A stretch of DNA of 56,310 nucleotides, taken from IMG/VR virus record IMGVR_UViG_3300022562_001240; one strand, given 5' to 3'. Each line of letters opens with the position of its first letter. Position 1 is the first letter of the stretch. This DNA is from a virus. The notes below the pieces were generated by a model. It saw only the letters and a list, made by a program, of their open reading frames with translations, ran no database searches and was not told where the DNA came from. Positions 1 to 9,487 of the stretch are shown piece by piece. The position numbers were made by a program, and so were the translations under genes.

Positions 1-604
1 TGTCTTCGACATGGGTGAAGTCACGGCGTTGTTCTCCCGTCCCAGTGACGGTGAGTGATCGACCCTCTCTCGCTTGTCGCTCGAAGATTCCAACGACTGT
101 AGCATAAGCCCCATCTTCAAGTTGGCGTGGGCCATAGACGTTGAAGAAACGAGCGATAGCAACTGGGACATTGTAGAGACGGTTGTAAAGTGTGCAATAC
201 TCTTCCGCCTTAAGCTTCGTGAAACTGTAAGGATTGGCGTACTGGTCATGGTAGACCGAACTTGAACCTGCGTAAATGACCCTTGACCCACAAAGCCGTG
301 CCATCTCCAGAATCTTCATGGTGCCAGTGACGTTTGACTCATGTGTCACATCGGGCTTCTCGAAGCTGGGTTGAATTCTGGCCTCACCAGCCAGATGAAA
401 GATGGCCTCATAGCCATCCTCTGCATGATACTTTGGATGGATGGATTCTACAGATATCTCATGAAAGCGAGCCTGTTCATGAACTTGCTCCCGCTTGCCA
501 GTCGTCAACGAATCCCAGACTACCACTTCATGGCCGTCCTTAATCAATCTGTCTGTCAGATGTGATCCAATGAAACCGGCTCCTCCTGTGACCAGATACC
601 GCAT
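1..604 (-). CDS. NAD-dependent epimerase/dehydratase (extended SDR family); N-terminal part only, the C-terminus runs off the window edge
   Basis: Reverse-complement of 541-604 reads MRYLVTGGAGFIGSHLTDRLIKDGHEVVVWD (Rossmann GxxGxxG). Further downstream it reads ...RFFNVYGPRQ, typical of GalE/RmlB-type enzymes. The ATG sits at 604-602. It is absent from the ORF track because it has no stop inside the window. Confidence 0.7.
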   Translation of the reverse strand, partial: MRYLVTGGAGFIGSHLTDRLIKDGHEVVVWDSLTTGKREQVHEQARFHEISVESIHPKYHAEDGYEAIFHLAGEARIQPSFEKPDVTHESNVTGTMKILEMARLCGSRVIYAGSSSVYHDQYANPYSFTKLKAEEYCTLYNRLYNVPVAIARFFNVYGPRQLEDGAYATVVGIFERQAREGRSLTVTGTGEQRRDFTHVED

Positions 605-606
605 GA

Positions 607-921
607 CTACCCCGGATTGTTTTGATTGAAAGTCTGAAACGACCATGTGGCTCGATCAGACGGGTTGACGTTCTCCATTGGGGTGCCGCCGACTGTGATC
701 GTGAATTGATCACTAGAGAATCGACCCATCATTGGATCGATGGCTGCGATCTCTGAAATTGATGGAGTTTTGTCCTCGGTGAGATAGGGTTGTATAAGAC
801 GCTCTGCTTCTTCGTCTTTCAGTTCCAAACAACCTCGCCACCCATTTTCATACGCTTGAACCAATAAACTTCTGAGATCGTCCAAATCAATTTGTATCAT
901 TCGTGTGGCTCCCAATAACAT
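607..921 (-). CDS. hypothetical protein (104 aa)
   Basis: ORF packed against its neighbours on the dominant strand; no recognisable motif. Confidence 0.35.
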   Translation of the reverse strand: MLLGATRMIQIDLDDLRSLLVQAYENGWRGCLELKDEEAERLIQPYLTEDKTPSISEIAAIDPMMGRFSSDQFTITVGGTPMENVNPSDRATWSFQTFNQNNPG

Positions 922-2015
922 ATAAAATAGTGGTCGCCGTCCTTTTCTCCCAGCAAGACGCCATCAGACTTGCGCCGCTGGCCGTCCGCAAAATCGGGCC
1001 GCAGAACACGATAATGATCAAACAAAGGCTTCCCGCCAATCTCTGGGCAGTTGTCCAAATGATCAACAACCTTGTTCATTGCTTCGGATGGATTCAGTTG
1101 GTAGATGGGATATGTTTTCGGCTTGTACTCAACCCGATTAAACAAGTTCCCTTGTGAACTTTCTTCGACATAGGCCATCCCTTCCGACTCTTCGATATAG
1201 GCCATCGCCTTCGTCATAGAATAAGGACGAACATCCACGGTGAACTTCACGCCGATCTGCTTGCCGAGAATGATCGATGCGGCTGTCAAAGAAATACGAT
1301 TGAAACCGCAACACTGCTCCAACAAATGCTTCTGTTGGATCTCCTCGATGTATCGTTCCACTTCGCTTGCCATGTCTGGCAGATTGAATTTCTTCAGATG
1401 AATGAGTCGATTTCTGGCTTCGTCGATATCACGCTGGTAAATGTTTTGATGTCGATAGAAGGTTGAGAAGTCCGCTGGGTGAGCGATCCAAAACGACTCT
1501 CCCTTCTTGTGCAGAACAGCGAGCCCCACTTCTTGTGAATCCTTGCGTTCTCGCATAAGCCGTCGCAAGCCACTGTCCTTAATGAAACGCACATTCATCA
1601 AGTGACTGTATGGCGAACCAATCCCGCCTGCAATCGTCTTGAACATCTCATGTTTGGCAAGTCCACGCTGAACAGATGCCAAGACCTCAGAAGAGAGACT
1701 AACAGATTTTCCGTATGAGACCAACTTGAGCACATCACAAGCATAACGGCTGAAGCTTCCTTCTTCACTCCCTACAAGCTGGCCGTCGAAAATCTCAAAC
1801 AGATCAGGGTGTGGGTTCTCCAGATCGATGCACTCGACAAACAGAGCGAGATTTACACCGAGTTCCTGTCCCAAGGCATCTGTGAGATCCTTGTCATAGT
1901 ACATCGGAACGTCTGTGAGAATACCCGAAAGGGGCGGCGTTTCTACAACGTCGCCCCTTTCAAATACTCGTTCCAAAATTTGGAGTTGTTGAGATTGAAC
2001 ATCCGTGTCAATCAT
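897..2015 (-). CDS. hypothetical protein (372 aa) with an internal MAYIEESEG / MAYVEESSQG tandem repeat
   Basis: Long ORF whose 3' end overlaps the upstream infC by 8 nt; no recognisable family. Confidence 0.5.
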   Translation of the reverse strand: MIDTDVQSQQLQILERVFERGDVVETPPLSGILTDVPMYYDKDLTDALGQELGVNLALFVECIDLENPHPDLFEIFDGQLVGSEEGSFSRYACDVLKLVSYGKSVSLSSEVLASVQRGLAKHEMFKTIAGGIGSPYSHLMNVRFIKDSGLRRLMRERKDSQEVGLAVLHKKGESFWIAHPADFSTFYRHQNIYQRDIDEARNRLIHLKKFNLPDMASEVERYIEEIQQKHLLEQCCGFNRISLTAASIILGKQIGVKFTVDVRPYSMTKAMAYIEESEGMAYVEESSQGNLFNRVEYKPKTYPIYQLNPSEAMNKVVDHLDNCPEIGGKPLFDHYRVLRPDFADGQRRKSDGVLLGEKDGDHYFICYWEPHE

Positions 2016-2544
2016 CCTTCGTCCTTTTTACTTCCACACGGGCCGTCACATTATGGCCCTCGAAACCCGGTGGCTTCTCCACCGTTGCGATATCTGAAAG
2101 CATCGCAATGACCTTGTTCAAGGCTTCGAAGCCCATGTCCTTATGGGCCTTCTCTCTGGCCTTGAATTTGACGACGAACTTCACACGGTGTCCCTTCTCT
2201 ATGAACTTCCGGGCTTGATTCGCCTTCGTCTCCAGATCGTGATCGCTGATCACATATCTGAAGGACAACTCTTTGTCCTTGTGGGACGCCGGTTGTTTCT
2301 TCTTCTTGCTCCTCTCGAACATGAACTTGCCGTAGTCCATGATCTGGCAGACTGGGGGCCGAGCTTGCGGAGCAACCTCGACGAGATCGAGACCAGCCTG
2401 TTTCGCTCGATAGAGAGCATCAGGCGTGGGCATGACCCCTAGATTCTGACCGTCCTGAATGACCCTGACTTCTTTGATGCGGATTCGCTCATTACAACGA
2501 ACGAAATCCTTCTTCTTTTCTGCCTTCTCGAATTTCTTTGGCAT
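2008..2544 (-). CDS. infC: translation initiation factor IF-3
   Basis: 178 aa, collinear with bacterial IF3 over its full length: ...IRIKEVRVIQDGQNLGVM...AGLDLVEVAPQARPPVCQIMDYGKFMFE... and C-domain ...KFVVKFKAREKAHKDMGFEALNKV.... Canonical ATG start at 2544-2542. Confidence 0.85.
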   Translation of the reverse strand: MPKKFEKAEKKKDFVRCNERIRIKEVRVIQDGQNLGVMPTPDALYRAKQAGLDLVEVAPQARPPVCQIMDYGKFMFERSKKKKQPASHKDKELSFRYVISDHDLETKANQARKFIEKGHRVKFVVKFKAREKAHKDMGFEALNKVIAMLSDIATVEKPPGFEGHNVTARVEVKRTKDD

Positions 2545-2557
2545 GTTTTGAGTCTCT

Positions 2558-4195
2558 CTAAACCTTCTTGGCTAGAGCAGTTGTCATCCTTTTAAGGCCC
2601 TCGGAAACATCTTTCCGTCCGACCTCTACATTTATCACAAAAAGCTTCTTGGAGTCAAGGGCTTCTTTAAGAACCTCATGCAACTGGGTTTCTGTAGAAA
2701 CCTCTCGGCCTTCCCCTCCACCAATCAGCTTTGTGACATCATGGTATTTCCAACGGGGAATATCGTTGAATTCACCGTCCAGCAAGAATCTCTCAGTCGT
2801 GTAACCGTCGTTGTTTAAGACAATCACGATGGGATTCAATTTGCGATTGACGATGGTGCCCAGTTCGGTCATGGACATCTGGAAAGCACCGTCTCCAACG
2901 ATCACGATAGGTCGCACGTCTGGCATAGCCGCCTGCACGCCCAAAGCTCCCGGAATGGCCGAACCCATGCTCGTATAGAAAGCGGGGCTCAGGAAGTGGT
3001 TCCGGTGGTGTACTGTAAGATTACCAGCACCAAACAGACTGTCGCCGATGTCGGAGACAATCGCCATGTTCTTGTCGAGAATTGAATCAATGGCCTCAAA
3101 CAGACGTTCTGTAGTTATCTTGGCTTCTGGTTTCGGCTCGAAAACCGGCTTCTTCTGTTTCACAGGCGGAAGTTCTGGAAGAGGCTTCTTGGTGAAGTCC
3201 ATCTTAAACAAAGAAGCACAGAAATCCTTGAACTGGATACCGGAGTAGTTGTGGTTTCTGACCTGCAACCCTTCAACGGTCGAAGAAATCACCTGACGCT
3301 TCTTAAACTTCGCTGGTTTGAAGCACAAAGTCATGTCGGTAAGCATTACACCGAACATCAGAAGGCAGTCAGAATCTTCCACCAGCTTGCGTGTCATCTC
3401 ATGGCTGCTATTGCCAGAGTAGATGCCAGCGAACAAACGATGTCGTTCATTGATGACCGACTTACTGAGCAATGTCGTTGCCACAGGAATGTCGGCACGT
3501 TCGGCGAAACGAATGAGTTGCTCGCCCAAATCGTAGCGGGCCAATTCCACACCGGCCAGAATGACAGGTTGCTTGGCTCCTTCGATCCACTCGGCCACTT
3601 CTTTGAGGGCTTCGCCGAGATTCTCTGTATCGGTAGCAGGAGCGACTGGCGTGCCCTGCTTGTACACATCATAGCTGATTGACTTCTTGGCGATGTCACG
3701 AGGCAACTCGATGTAAATCGGTCGCTTGTAGTGGTGCATTGCCTCGAAGGCCCTGTCAATCTCGTATCCGGCTGTGGCTGGATTGTCGAGGACGACGCTG
3801 GCGCAAGTGATGTTGTCGAACATCTTCTTCTGTGAATTGAAGCTGCCCACCATGTGATGCAGCAAGTAGCCCTCGTTTCGCTCATTCAGACCGGGGGCAC
3901 CGGAAATCACAACAAGAGGAGATCTTTCGGCATAAGCACATTGAACGGCGTTGATGACCTTGGCCGCTCCGACGTTGTATGTCACTACTACACAACCAAC
4001 ACCATTGACACGAGCATATGCGTCGGCAGCAAAGCCGGAATGATTTTCATCTGTGTTGTTGATGACTTCGATGTTCTCATAGTCCCAGAGTTCCTTATAG
4101 AAATCCAGAACGTAGTCGCCGGGTACGCCCATTACATGTCGAACCCCAGCGTTTTCCAATCGTTCAATGAGAAAACGGGAAACTAACATAGCCAC
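2558..4195 (-). CDS. thiamine-pyrophosphate-dependent 2-keto-acid decarboxylase (PDC/IPDC-like)
   Basis: 545 aa. The N-terminal VPGDYVLDFY matches the GDYNL motif of pyruvate and indolepyruvate decarboxylases. The C-terminal TPP-binding motif GDGAFQMSMTELGTIVNRKLNPIVIVLNNDGY (GDG...NN) is present. Confidence 0.8.
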   Translation of the reverse strand: MAMLVSRFLIERLENAGVRHVMGVPGDYVLDFYKELWDYENIEVINNTDENHSGFAADAYARVNGVGCVVVTYNVGAAKVINAVQCAYAERSPLVVISGAPGLNERNEGYLLHHMVGSFNSQKKMFDNITCASVVLDNPATAGYEIDRAFEAMHHYKRPIYIELPRDIAKKSISYDVYKQGTPVAPATDTENLGEALKEVAEWIEGAKQPVILAGVELARYDLGEQLIRFAERADIPVATTLLSKSVINERHRLFAGIYSGNSSHEMTRKLVEDSDCLLMFGVMLTDMTLCFKPAKFKKRQVISSTVEGLQVRNHNYSGIQFKDFCASLFKMDFTKKPLPELPPVKQKKPVFEPKPEAKITTERLFEAIDSILDKNMAIVSDIGDSLFGAGNLTVHHRNHFLSPAFYTSMGSAIPGALGVQAAMPDVRPIVIVGDGAFQMSMTELGTIVNRKLNPIVIVLNNDGYTTERFLLDGEFNDIPRWKYHDVTKLIGGGEGREVSTETQLHEVLKEALDSKKLFVINVEVGRKDVSEGLKRMTTALAKKV

Positions 4196-4204
4196 ACCTC
4201 TTCC

Positions 4205-5293
4205 TTATATTTCGACCGTTGGAGAATCCTCGATCTTAATGAGGAAACCCTCCCCACCAATCGGGAACCTTCGCACCCATTCCACTCCTTCTCCCAGAAT
4301 ACATCCAAAGTAATATGGAGTCAATGATTCATCTGTGAAACTGGGGATGAGCGAAATGTCAACCAGACTGGCACTCCCCTGCTCATTATAAGAAACAGAA
4401 GATTCTGATGGAATACCAGTTTGATTTAAGACAACAGAACCATCGTTGTGTACGAGGCCAGTAAAGGTGCTGCCAGAGTACAAATGGGTCTCACCTGCCC
4501 ACGGTGTATCCGGGAGCAAGTATTTGTCTGCTATTTGATCATAGGAAAGACGCACAGAACTTTCTGTGTGAGTTGTGCCTGTGTAAAAGAAACCATCGGT
4601 ATGCGTGTGGACTTCGCCAATCCAGTTCCCTCCGGGGAGGTAATATACCACATCGATCATCTTGATTAACTTGAACTCGAACCAATAGCAACCGGGAAGA
4701 CAAGTATCTTCTGGTTGCCACTCATAAACCAAGTTCGCACTGACCAACACGTCTTTCGTAACGGTGCCGTCAACTTGTTGCTGATCTTCGAAGACTAATT
4801 CGGCTTCGGCGGGAGCATTCAACATGCGGAAAATCCGCATCTTGGTCCCCTTCTTCCAAGAGGAAGCAGTTGTGCCATGGTAGCCTCGCTGGACTCGCAC
4901 CAGACTATTTCCTTCATCAAATCCCAGCACCAACATTCTTTCGGGCAAACGCACTCGGTCCATGACAATGATGTCACCGACCATAATCTGCTCGAACCCC
5001 ACGTTGTCGGCCAATGGGAAATAGGTGTCGGTCTCTGTGATCTTGCACTTGAGTTTTGCCAAGGCCCACATGTTGGCCTCAACTACTAATCCCTGCACAT
5101 CCAGCGGACCTTCACAGTCTTCCACTGAGACTTTGAATGGAGGCTTGGTGTCGTGTCGTCTGATGACGAAATCTGGGCACACGTTCGAAGGACATCCGAA
5201 CTTGTCTGGGCACACGTTTTGTGAGCCGCACCCGCTACCTGATCGTAAACTGAATTGGACTGCCATACTCGTATATAGAGTTAGCAGGATCAA
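4205..5293 (-). CDS. hypothetical protein (362 aa); Cys-rich N-terminus (CPDKFGCPSNVCPDF)
   Basis: Long ORF on the dominant strand; no recognisable family. Confidence 0.45.
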   Translation of the reverse strand: MILLTLYTSMAVQFSLRSGSGCGSQNVCPDKFGCPSNVCPDFVIRRHDTKPPFKVSVEDCEGPLDVQGLVVEANMWALAKLKCKITETDTYFPLADNVGFEQIMVGDIIVMDRVRLPERMLVLGFDEGNSLVRVQRGYHGTTASSWKKGTKMRIFRMLNAPAEAELVFEDQQQVDGTVTKDVLVSANLVYEWQPEDTCLPGCYWFEFKLIKMIDVVYYLPGGNWIGEVHTHTDGFFYTGTTHTESSVRLSYDQIADKYLLPDTPWAGETHLYSGSTFTGLVHNDGSVVLNQTGIPSESSVSYNEQGSASLVDISLIPSFTDESLTPYYFGCILGEGVEWVRRFPIGGEGFLIKIEDSPTVEI

Positions 5294-5841
5294 ATGTCGT
5301 AAACGCCCAGTTGTCTCAGACGCTCAGACCAATCTGCGATCCACGCCACGCTGCCTTGGAATTTTTCCAAACGAATACCGGCCATGCGTGCCATCTCGAA
5401 AGTCTTGTCTCTCCAAGACCCATTTTGCAGAGAGGAATTGCGGTCGCCTTGAAAATCGAAGTAGACGATTCGGCCAATTCCTTCATCGATGATTTCCAAC
5501 ATGCACTTCGGACAGGGCAATGCTGTGACATAGAGCGTGGCATCGGTGAGATCTTCGCCCTTCGAATGTTTGATCGCATTTGACTCGGCGTGCTTGACGA
5601 GATCATAACGATTGATGCCTTCCTCATCTGGGGCGGGGCGATGCCAACTGAAAGAAGTGTCGTCAATCAGTCGAGGCGGTCCATTGTAACCTGAACCCAG
5701 CGGCTCGTTGTTCTGACTGATGATCTGAGCCCCAACTTGAGTGTTGGGGTCTTTGCTGAAGCCAGCGTGAATCCAAGCAAGACCCATGTATTTCAGATCT
5801 CGCTCTGGAACTTCCCGAGGTGGAGTGCGGTGTTGGTTCAT
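5290..5841 (-). CDS. dCMP / cytidine deaminase family (zinc-dependent CDA fold), copy 1
   Basis: HAESNAI ... TALPCPKC: the H-A-E and PCxxC zinc ligands of the deoxycytidylate deaminase family. Confidence 0.75.
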   Translation of the reverse strand: MNQHRTPPREVPERDLKYMGLAWIHAGFSKDPNTQVGAQIISQNNEPLGSGYNGPPRLIDDTSFSWHRPAPDEEGINRYDLVKHAESNAIKHSKGEDLTDATLYVTALPCPKCMLEIIDEGIGRIVYFDFQGDRNSSLQNGSWRDKTFEMARMAGIRLEKFQGSVAWIADWSERLRQLGVYDI

Positions 5842-5859
5842 TGAGAATCCCTTCTCGTG

Positions 5860-6357
5860 TTAGAAAACTTGAAGACTCTGCAAGTATTCAATCTTGTAAT
5901 CCTTGCGGTTCCACCGGGACTTCCAACAATTCAGCCGGTGCTTTTGTTCCTTTGTGAGATGCCGTTTGATTACAGATGTTGGCACAGGAATGTCCATCTG
6001 CCAACCATATGTCTCTTCCCCAAGTCGAATGGTGTAGTTGACTGGTATGGAGCCGACCTCTACCCAATCAACCCCTTCGACAACAAAGACATCCCGAACC
6101 GTGTCATAACATTCACGGCTCAACGGCTCACCGAATACAGGCACAGCCAAAAGGCGATTCTCGTCCTCGTTCTTTCGGACGGCCACCGCACAGATGTATG
6201 TGCCCTGCATCGATTGTTCGACTTGAACTGCTCGTTTGATCTCACGGCTATCTTTAAGATGATTCTTACGACACGCCTCCACCAACTCCTCATTGGTGGC
6301 GTCATAAAAAATCGACTCATCATAGCTGGAGAACCAGATGTCTTGTAAGCTAGGCAT
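5860..6357 (-). CDS. hypothetical protein (165 aa)
   Basis: ORF on the dominant strand with tight spacing to its neighbours. Confidence 0.4.
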   Translation of the reverse strand: MPSLQDIWFSSYDESIFYDATNEELVEACRKNHLKDSREIKRAVQVEQSMQGTYICAVAVRKNEDENRLLAVPVFGEPLSRECYDTVRDVFVVEGVDWVEVGSIPVNYTIRLGEETYGWQMDIPVPTSVIKRHLTKEQKHRLNCWKSRWNRKDYKIEYLQSLQVF

Positions 6358-6376
6358 AGCTCACATTCTCACAGAT

Positions 6377-7024
6377 TCACTCAAAAATTGCAAGCAGAAC
6401 TTGTGCCTCAAAGAGTTCCGCCTCGTCTTCAACAATTGAAGGCTTGGGTTCTCTAAGAACAGCACAGGCTACGGTCGCCCGGAAAAATTTGGTGAAATTC
6501 TGTCGGGAATGTCGGAACTCATGGGCCAAGATGCTTGCAATGCGACCATTATTCTCGCAGTACAGGATCTTGTTGATTGTTAAGTCTTTGTCCATGTAGT
6601 TGTACTTGGCGTAGCAACCACTGTACTCGACTTCCCAGATGAGGTGTCCGCTGGCATGGCGATCTCGGACCCAGTGTGCTGCCTCGGGGCAGACCTGATC
6701 CAAAATTTGCAACGGCTCTTGAAGGGCATCCCAAGCCTTGTCTTCATCCCACTTCAACACCAGATGTGTGTGAGGCGACTTGAATGCCAGTTGGCGTTCG
6801 GGGCTGAATCGCCCTAGCGTGCCAATCTGTGGTACATCATCACCAACGGTGATGTCATAAAGCGTCGTGATGCCGAGGGCAAAGATGATTGCGAGTCCCG
6901 TAATCAGCGAGTATTTCGCTGTGGCAACTACGACTTCTTTTCCGATTTCTCTGAGTCTTTTGAAGACTCCTTTTCTGTTTCTTTCTCCTGTCTCTCTTGA
7001 GCTATTTTCCTGAGACGCTGCCAT
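6377..7024 (-). CDS. membrane-anchored protein with an HExxH motif (possible zinc metallopeptidase)
   Basis: One predicted TM helix (LITGLAIIFALGITTLY). ILAHEFRH motif present. The ATG at 7024 is preceded by GGAGGA. Confidence 0.4.
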   Translation of the reverse strand: MAASQENSSRETGERNRKGVFKRLREIGKEVVVATAKYSLITGLAIIFALGITTLYDITVGDDVPQIGTLGRFSPERQLAFKSPHTHLVLKWDEDKAWDALQEPLQILDQVCPEAAHWVRDRHASGHLIWEVEYSGCYAKYNYMDKDLTINKILYCENNGRIASILAHEFRHSRQNFTKFFRATVACAVLREPKPSIVEDEAELFEAQVLLAIFE

Positions 7025-7290
7025 GCGTCCTCCGTTTCTTTATTCTTTGTTACGTCTGTCTCCTTTTCGTCGTCAGACGAGGGCTGGTCCTCAACCTTCT
7101 TCTGTTTGGCTTCTTCATCGTCAAGATCCTTTTCTTTACGCTTGGCATCGCCAACCATTGAACCGATACTACCGCCGAGATCCTGAGCCATCTTGACCCA
7201 GCGATCCAAAGAATAATCTGGGGCCTGATCCTCACTCAAGCGAGGACCAAATATCTCCCTCTGTTTCTTCCACTTCTGAAAAGACCCCAT
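6928..7290 (-). CDS. hypothetical K/E/D-rich low-complexity protein (120 aa)
   Basis: ORF with a GAGGAG ribosome-binding site. It overlaps both neighbours by 58 and 97 nt, so it may be spurious or frame-shifted. Confidence 0.3.
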   Translation of the reverse strand: MGSFQKWKKQREIFGPRLSEDQAPDYSLDRWVKMAQDLGGSIGSMVGDAKRKEKDLDDEEAKQKKVEDQPSSDDEKETDVTKNKETEDAWQRLRKIAQERQEKETEKESSKDSEKSEKKS

Positions 7291-7540
7291 ATTCCGTCAA
7301 CTCCTCGTAGATCTCGTTCAATCGACTACGGTATGTAGCAAGATCGTGGGTCATTCTTGTGACCGCTTCATCTACTTCGAGTTGCAAAGCGTCGGATGGG
7401 CCTTCATTCCAAGATGCCTTTTCAGCCCTCGCTTTTTGCTTAAAAAGAAGGCATCGCATCTTTACTTCGGCAATCATTCCCATGATTCCTGAAGCCTCGT
7501 CAAAAAGCTCCTGAACCTTATCTGCACTGTCCTTAAACAT
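7232..7540 (-). CDS. hypothetical protein (102 aa)
   Basis: ORF on the dominant strand. Confidence 0.4.
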   Translation of the reverse strand: MFKDSADKVQELFDEASGIMGMIAEVKMRCLLFKQKARAEKASWNEGPSDALQLEVDEAVTRMTHDLATYRSRLNEIYEELTEYGVFSEVEETEGDIWSSLE

Positions 7541-7583
7541 AGTTGCACCCTCCTTGGCGCAGCATCATCCCCACCGTCATTCT

Positions 7584-7904
7584 TTAAGAAAGCCGCTTTC
7601 CTGTCAAGCGATACTTCCCCGATTCCAACCGCTCAAGGAGATCCATGTTCTCCTCGGTCAGTTCGGATTTGGCCGCAGCGTGGGCCTCTGTCAATCGGCG
7701 GTATTTGCTCTGAAGTTTGTGAAGCATCCTCTCGCTGCAATAGTGGCCCGTATGGTCCACGAAGTTCCTGATCGTCCCGAAGACCAGATAGTAGCGAACA
7801 AATGCCACCTGAAGGTCTGTCTGGAAGTATTTCAGCAGATATTGCTTTTCCTTTGGGACTTCGATATCGAAGAACTCGCCCGAGATGAATTCAAGATCCT
7901 GCAT
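7584..7904 (-). CDS. hypothetical protein (106 aa)
   Basis: ORF on the dominant strand. Confidence 0.4.
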   Translation of the reverse strand: MQDLEFISGEFFDIEVPKEKQYLLKYFQTDLQVAFVRYYLVFGTIRNFVDHTGHYCSERMLHKLQSKYRRLTEAHAAAKSELTEENMDLLERLESGKYRLTGKRLS

Positions 7905-7910
7905 ACCCTA

Positions 7911-8327
7911 TCAAAGCAAGGGTGGGTCAATAATCTCGACGCCATAGCAGAATTTGAAGTACAAGAGGAGCAATCCGCCGAAGTAGTCCTTCGGCAAATG
8001 GAGAGCGGCCAATTCACGCAACAGCCCCAGCAAGCTGTGGACTTGCCATGTGACAGTGTTGTCGGAGTAGTTGGGATCGGCAGGAATGAGCGGCAAGCAA
8101 CGCTCATGGATGAAATCGAGGCAGCGATCATCAAGCTGGGTTCGCAGCAGAGTTTTGACGCTGTGCTCGGAAAGCAGGTCGTGCTTGGGGATGGGTCCGC
8201 CACAGTAAAAACTTTTGGACTTAAAGAACGTCTCGATGCTCTCGACGGCCAGCCGTCTTAAATCAACGGCATGGTCTCCTTTCTCAAAGGGATTGTCTCG
8301 GCAATCCCGGCGTGGCTTCCGTGGCAT
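7911..8327 (-). CDS. hypothetical protein (138 aa)
   Basis: Start moved to the internal ATG at 8327 (MPRKPRR...), which has a GGAGGAG ribosome-binding site 5 nt upstream. The longer track ORF has no ribosome-binding site. Confidence 0.45.
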   Translation of the reverse strand: MPRKPRRDCRDNPFEKGDHAVDLRRLAVESIETFFKSKSFYCGGPIPKHDLLSEHSVKTLLRTQLDDRCLDFIHERCLPLIPADPNYSDNTVTWQVHSLLGLLRELAALHLPKDYFGGLLLLYFKFCYGVEIIDPPLL

Positions 8328-8453
8328 ATCGTCTCCTCCGTGAGAGCATGTGGACCACTTTATTATTAGCTGACCGGGCGAGGAAATCAACCCCGAATTC
8401 CATTGATAGCCAATACATACTTTAAGAAGGTTGAGAATTCAAGGAGGTAGCCC

Positions 8454-8945
8454 ATGAAGAGAATGCTTCTAGCAATCGTTGCTGCACTCGCACTTGTCGC
8501 AATGCCCGGTTGCGGCAATCTTTCGCCACGCCAGCAGCAAGAGATCGACAACCAAGATGGGAGAATCGGGAATCTCGAAAACCTTGCCAACAGCATGAAA
8601 ATTGAGTTGGGCAAGGTGCAGTCGCAAAACGACATTCAAGACAGCCAGATCGGCCAAATGCAACAAGGTTTGGTCAACAATCAAAGCAACTATGAGAACA
8701 GCGGCGTACAGATCCTCTCTGGCCCCGGTGGACTCATTGTCTCGCTGATTGGCATCATGGCTGCCGTAGTGCTTGTGCTGCACTACAGACGTATCGCCAA
8801 GGTCCAAGAGAAGACAGCCGAGTTGATGGCACAGAGCATCGCTGAAATGCAAGACCCTGTGCTAGAGGATCACGTCTTCCGTGCCTGTATGCACACCGAG
8901 ACTGAGGAGAACGTCCTTAATCTGATGAGGAAGCACAAGAAGTAG
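8454..8945 (+). CDS. lipoprotein with a coiled-coil and a C-terminal TM segment
   Basis: Signal peptide with a lipobox-like cysteine (MKRMLLAIVAALALVAMPGC). AAGGAGG ribosome-binding site upstream. Gln-rich coiled-coil, then a TM helix (LIVSLIGIMAAVVLVL). Confidence 0.6.
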   Translation: MKRMLLAIVAALALVAMPGCGNLSPRQQQEIDNQDGRIGNLENLANSMKIELGKVQSQNDIQDSQIGQMQQGLVNNQSNYENSGVQILSGPGGLIVSLIGIMAAVVLVLHYRRIAKVQEKTAELMAQSIAEMQDPVLEDHVFRACMHTETEENVLNLMRKHKK

Positions 8946-9180
8946 GCACGCTCGAAACCGAAAGGCCCGTCACACCATCATTGCAAACCGTCAGGTGCAA
9001 CATGCCTGATGCACTGCCAGAAGCGATGTGACGGGTCATTTCCATGATGCCTTCATAGAAGTCCGCTCTATCCGCTTCTTTTGTAAGGTCGAATGGCCGA
9101 CCTTGGAACTTTGCTCTCCACTGATCGATAAGATCAGCCAAGTTTGGATCTTTCTGTCTTAAAATTTCGACATCGCTCAT
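8917..9180 (-). CDS. hypothetical protein (87 aa)
   Basis: ATG at 9180 preceded by an AGGAGA ribosome-binding site. Confidence 0.45.
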   Translation of the reverse strand: MSDVEILRQKDPNLADLIDQWRAKFQGRPFDLTKEADRADFYEGIMEMTRHIASGSASGMLHLTVCNDGVTGLSVSSVPTSCASSSD

Positions 9181-9189
9181 TTTGATCTC

Positions 9190-9483
9190 CTATGGCTTCT
9201 TGCCATCTACGTCGTAACCCTGTTGTTTCGTCGTCAGCTTAAGATACCCACTGCATCCATCGCCGAGCGGCACACCTTGTTTGCGTGGATCTTGCCCCTT
9301 CTTCTTCACATCTTTCAACCAGTCGGCCAACTCGATATCAATGATCTTGGCGTCTGGGGACTTCTTCTTACAAACATACACGATGTTGCCTTTGTCGTCC
9401 ATGTCTTCATCGAGGTAACGGCACTGTTGGTCGCCGCCCCAGATGTAACAGACATCTTTCAGATGTTTTTGAGTTAGGGCCAT
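9190..9483 (-). CDS. hypothetical protein (97 aa)
   Basis: ATG at 9483 (MALTQKHL...) lies 5 nt after the def stop codon. The longer track ORF begins at a TTG. Confidence 0.4.
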   Translation of the reverse strand: MALTQKHLKDVCYIWGGDQQCRYLDEDMDDKGNIVYVCKKKSPDAKIIDIELADWLKDVKKKGQDPRKQGVPLGDGCSGYLKLTTKQQGYDVDGKKP

Positions 9484-9487
9484 AGTT

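Noticed and set aside
8387-8635. Minus-strand ORF 8387-8635 overlapping the lipoprotein gene
   Set aside because: It is fully antisense to the + strand lipoprotein ORF, which has a good ribosome-binding site and a signal peptide. It sits within a divergent promoter region and is likely spurious.
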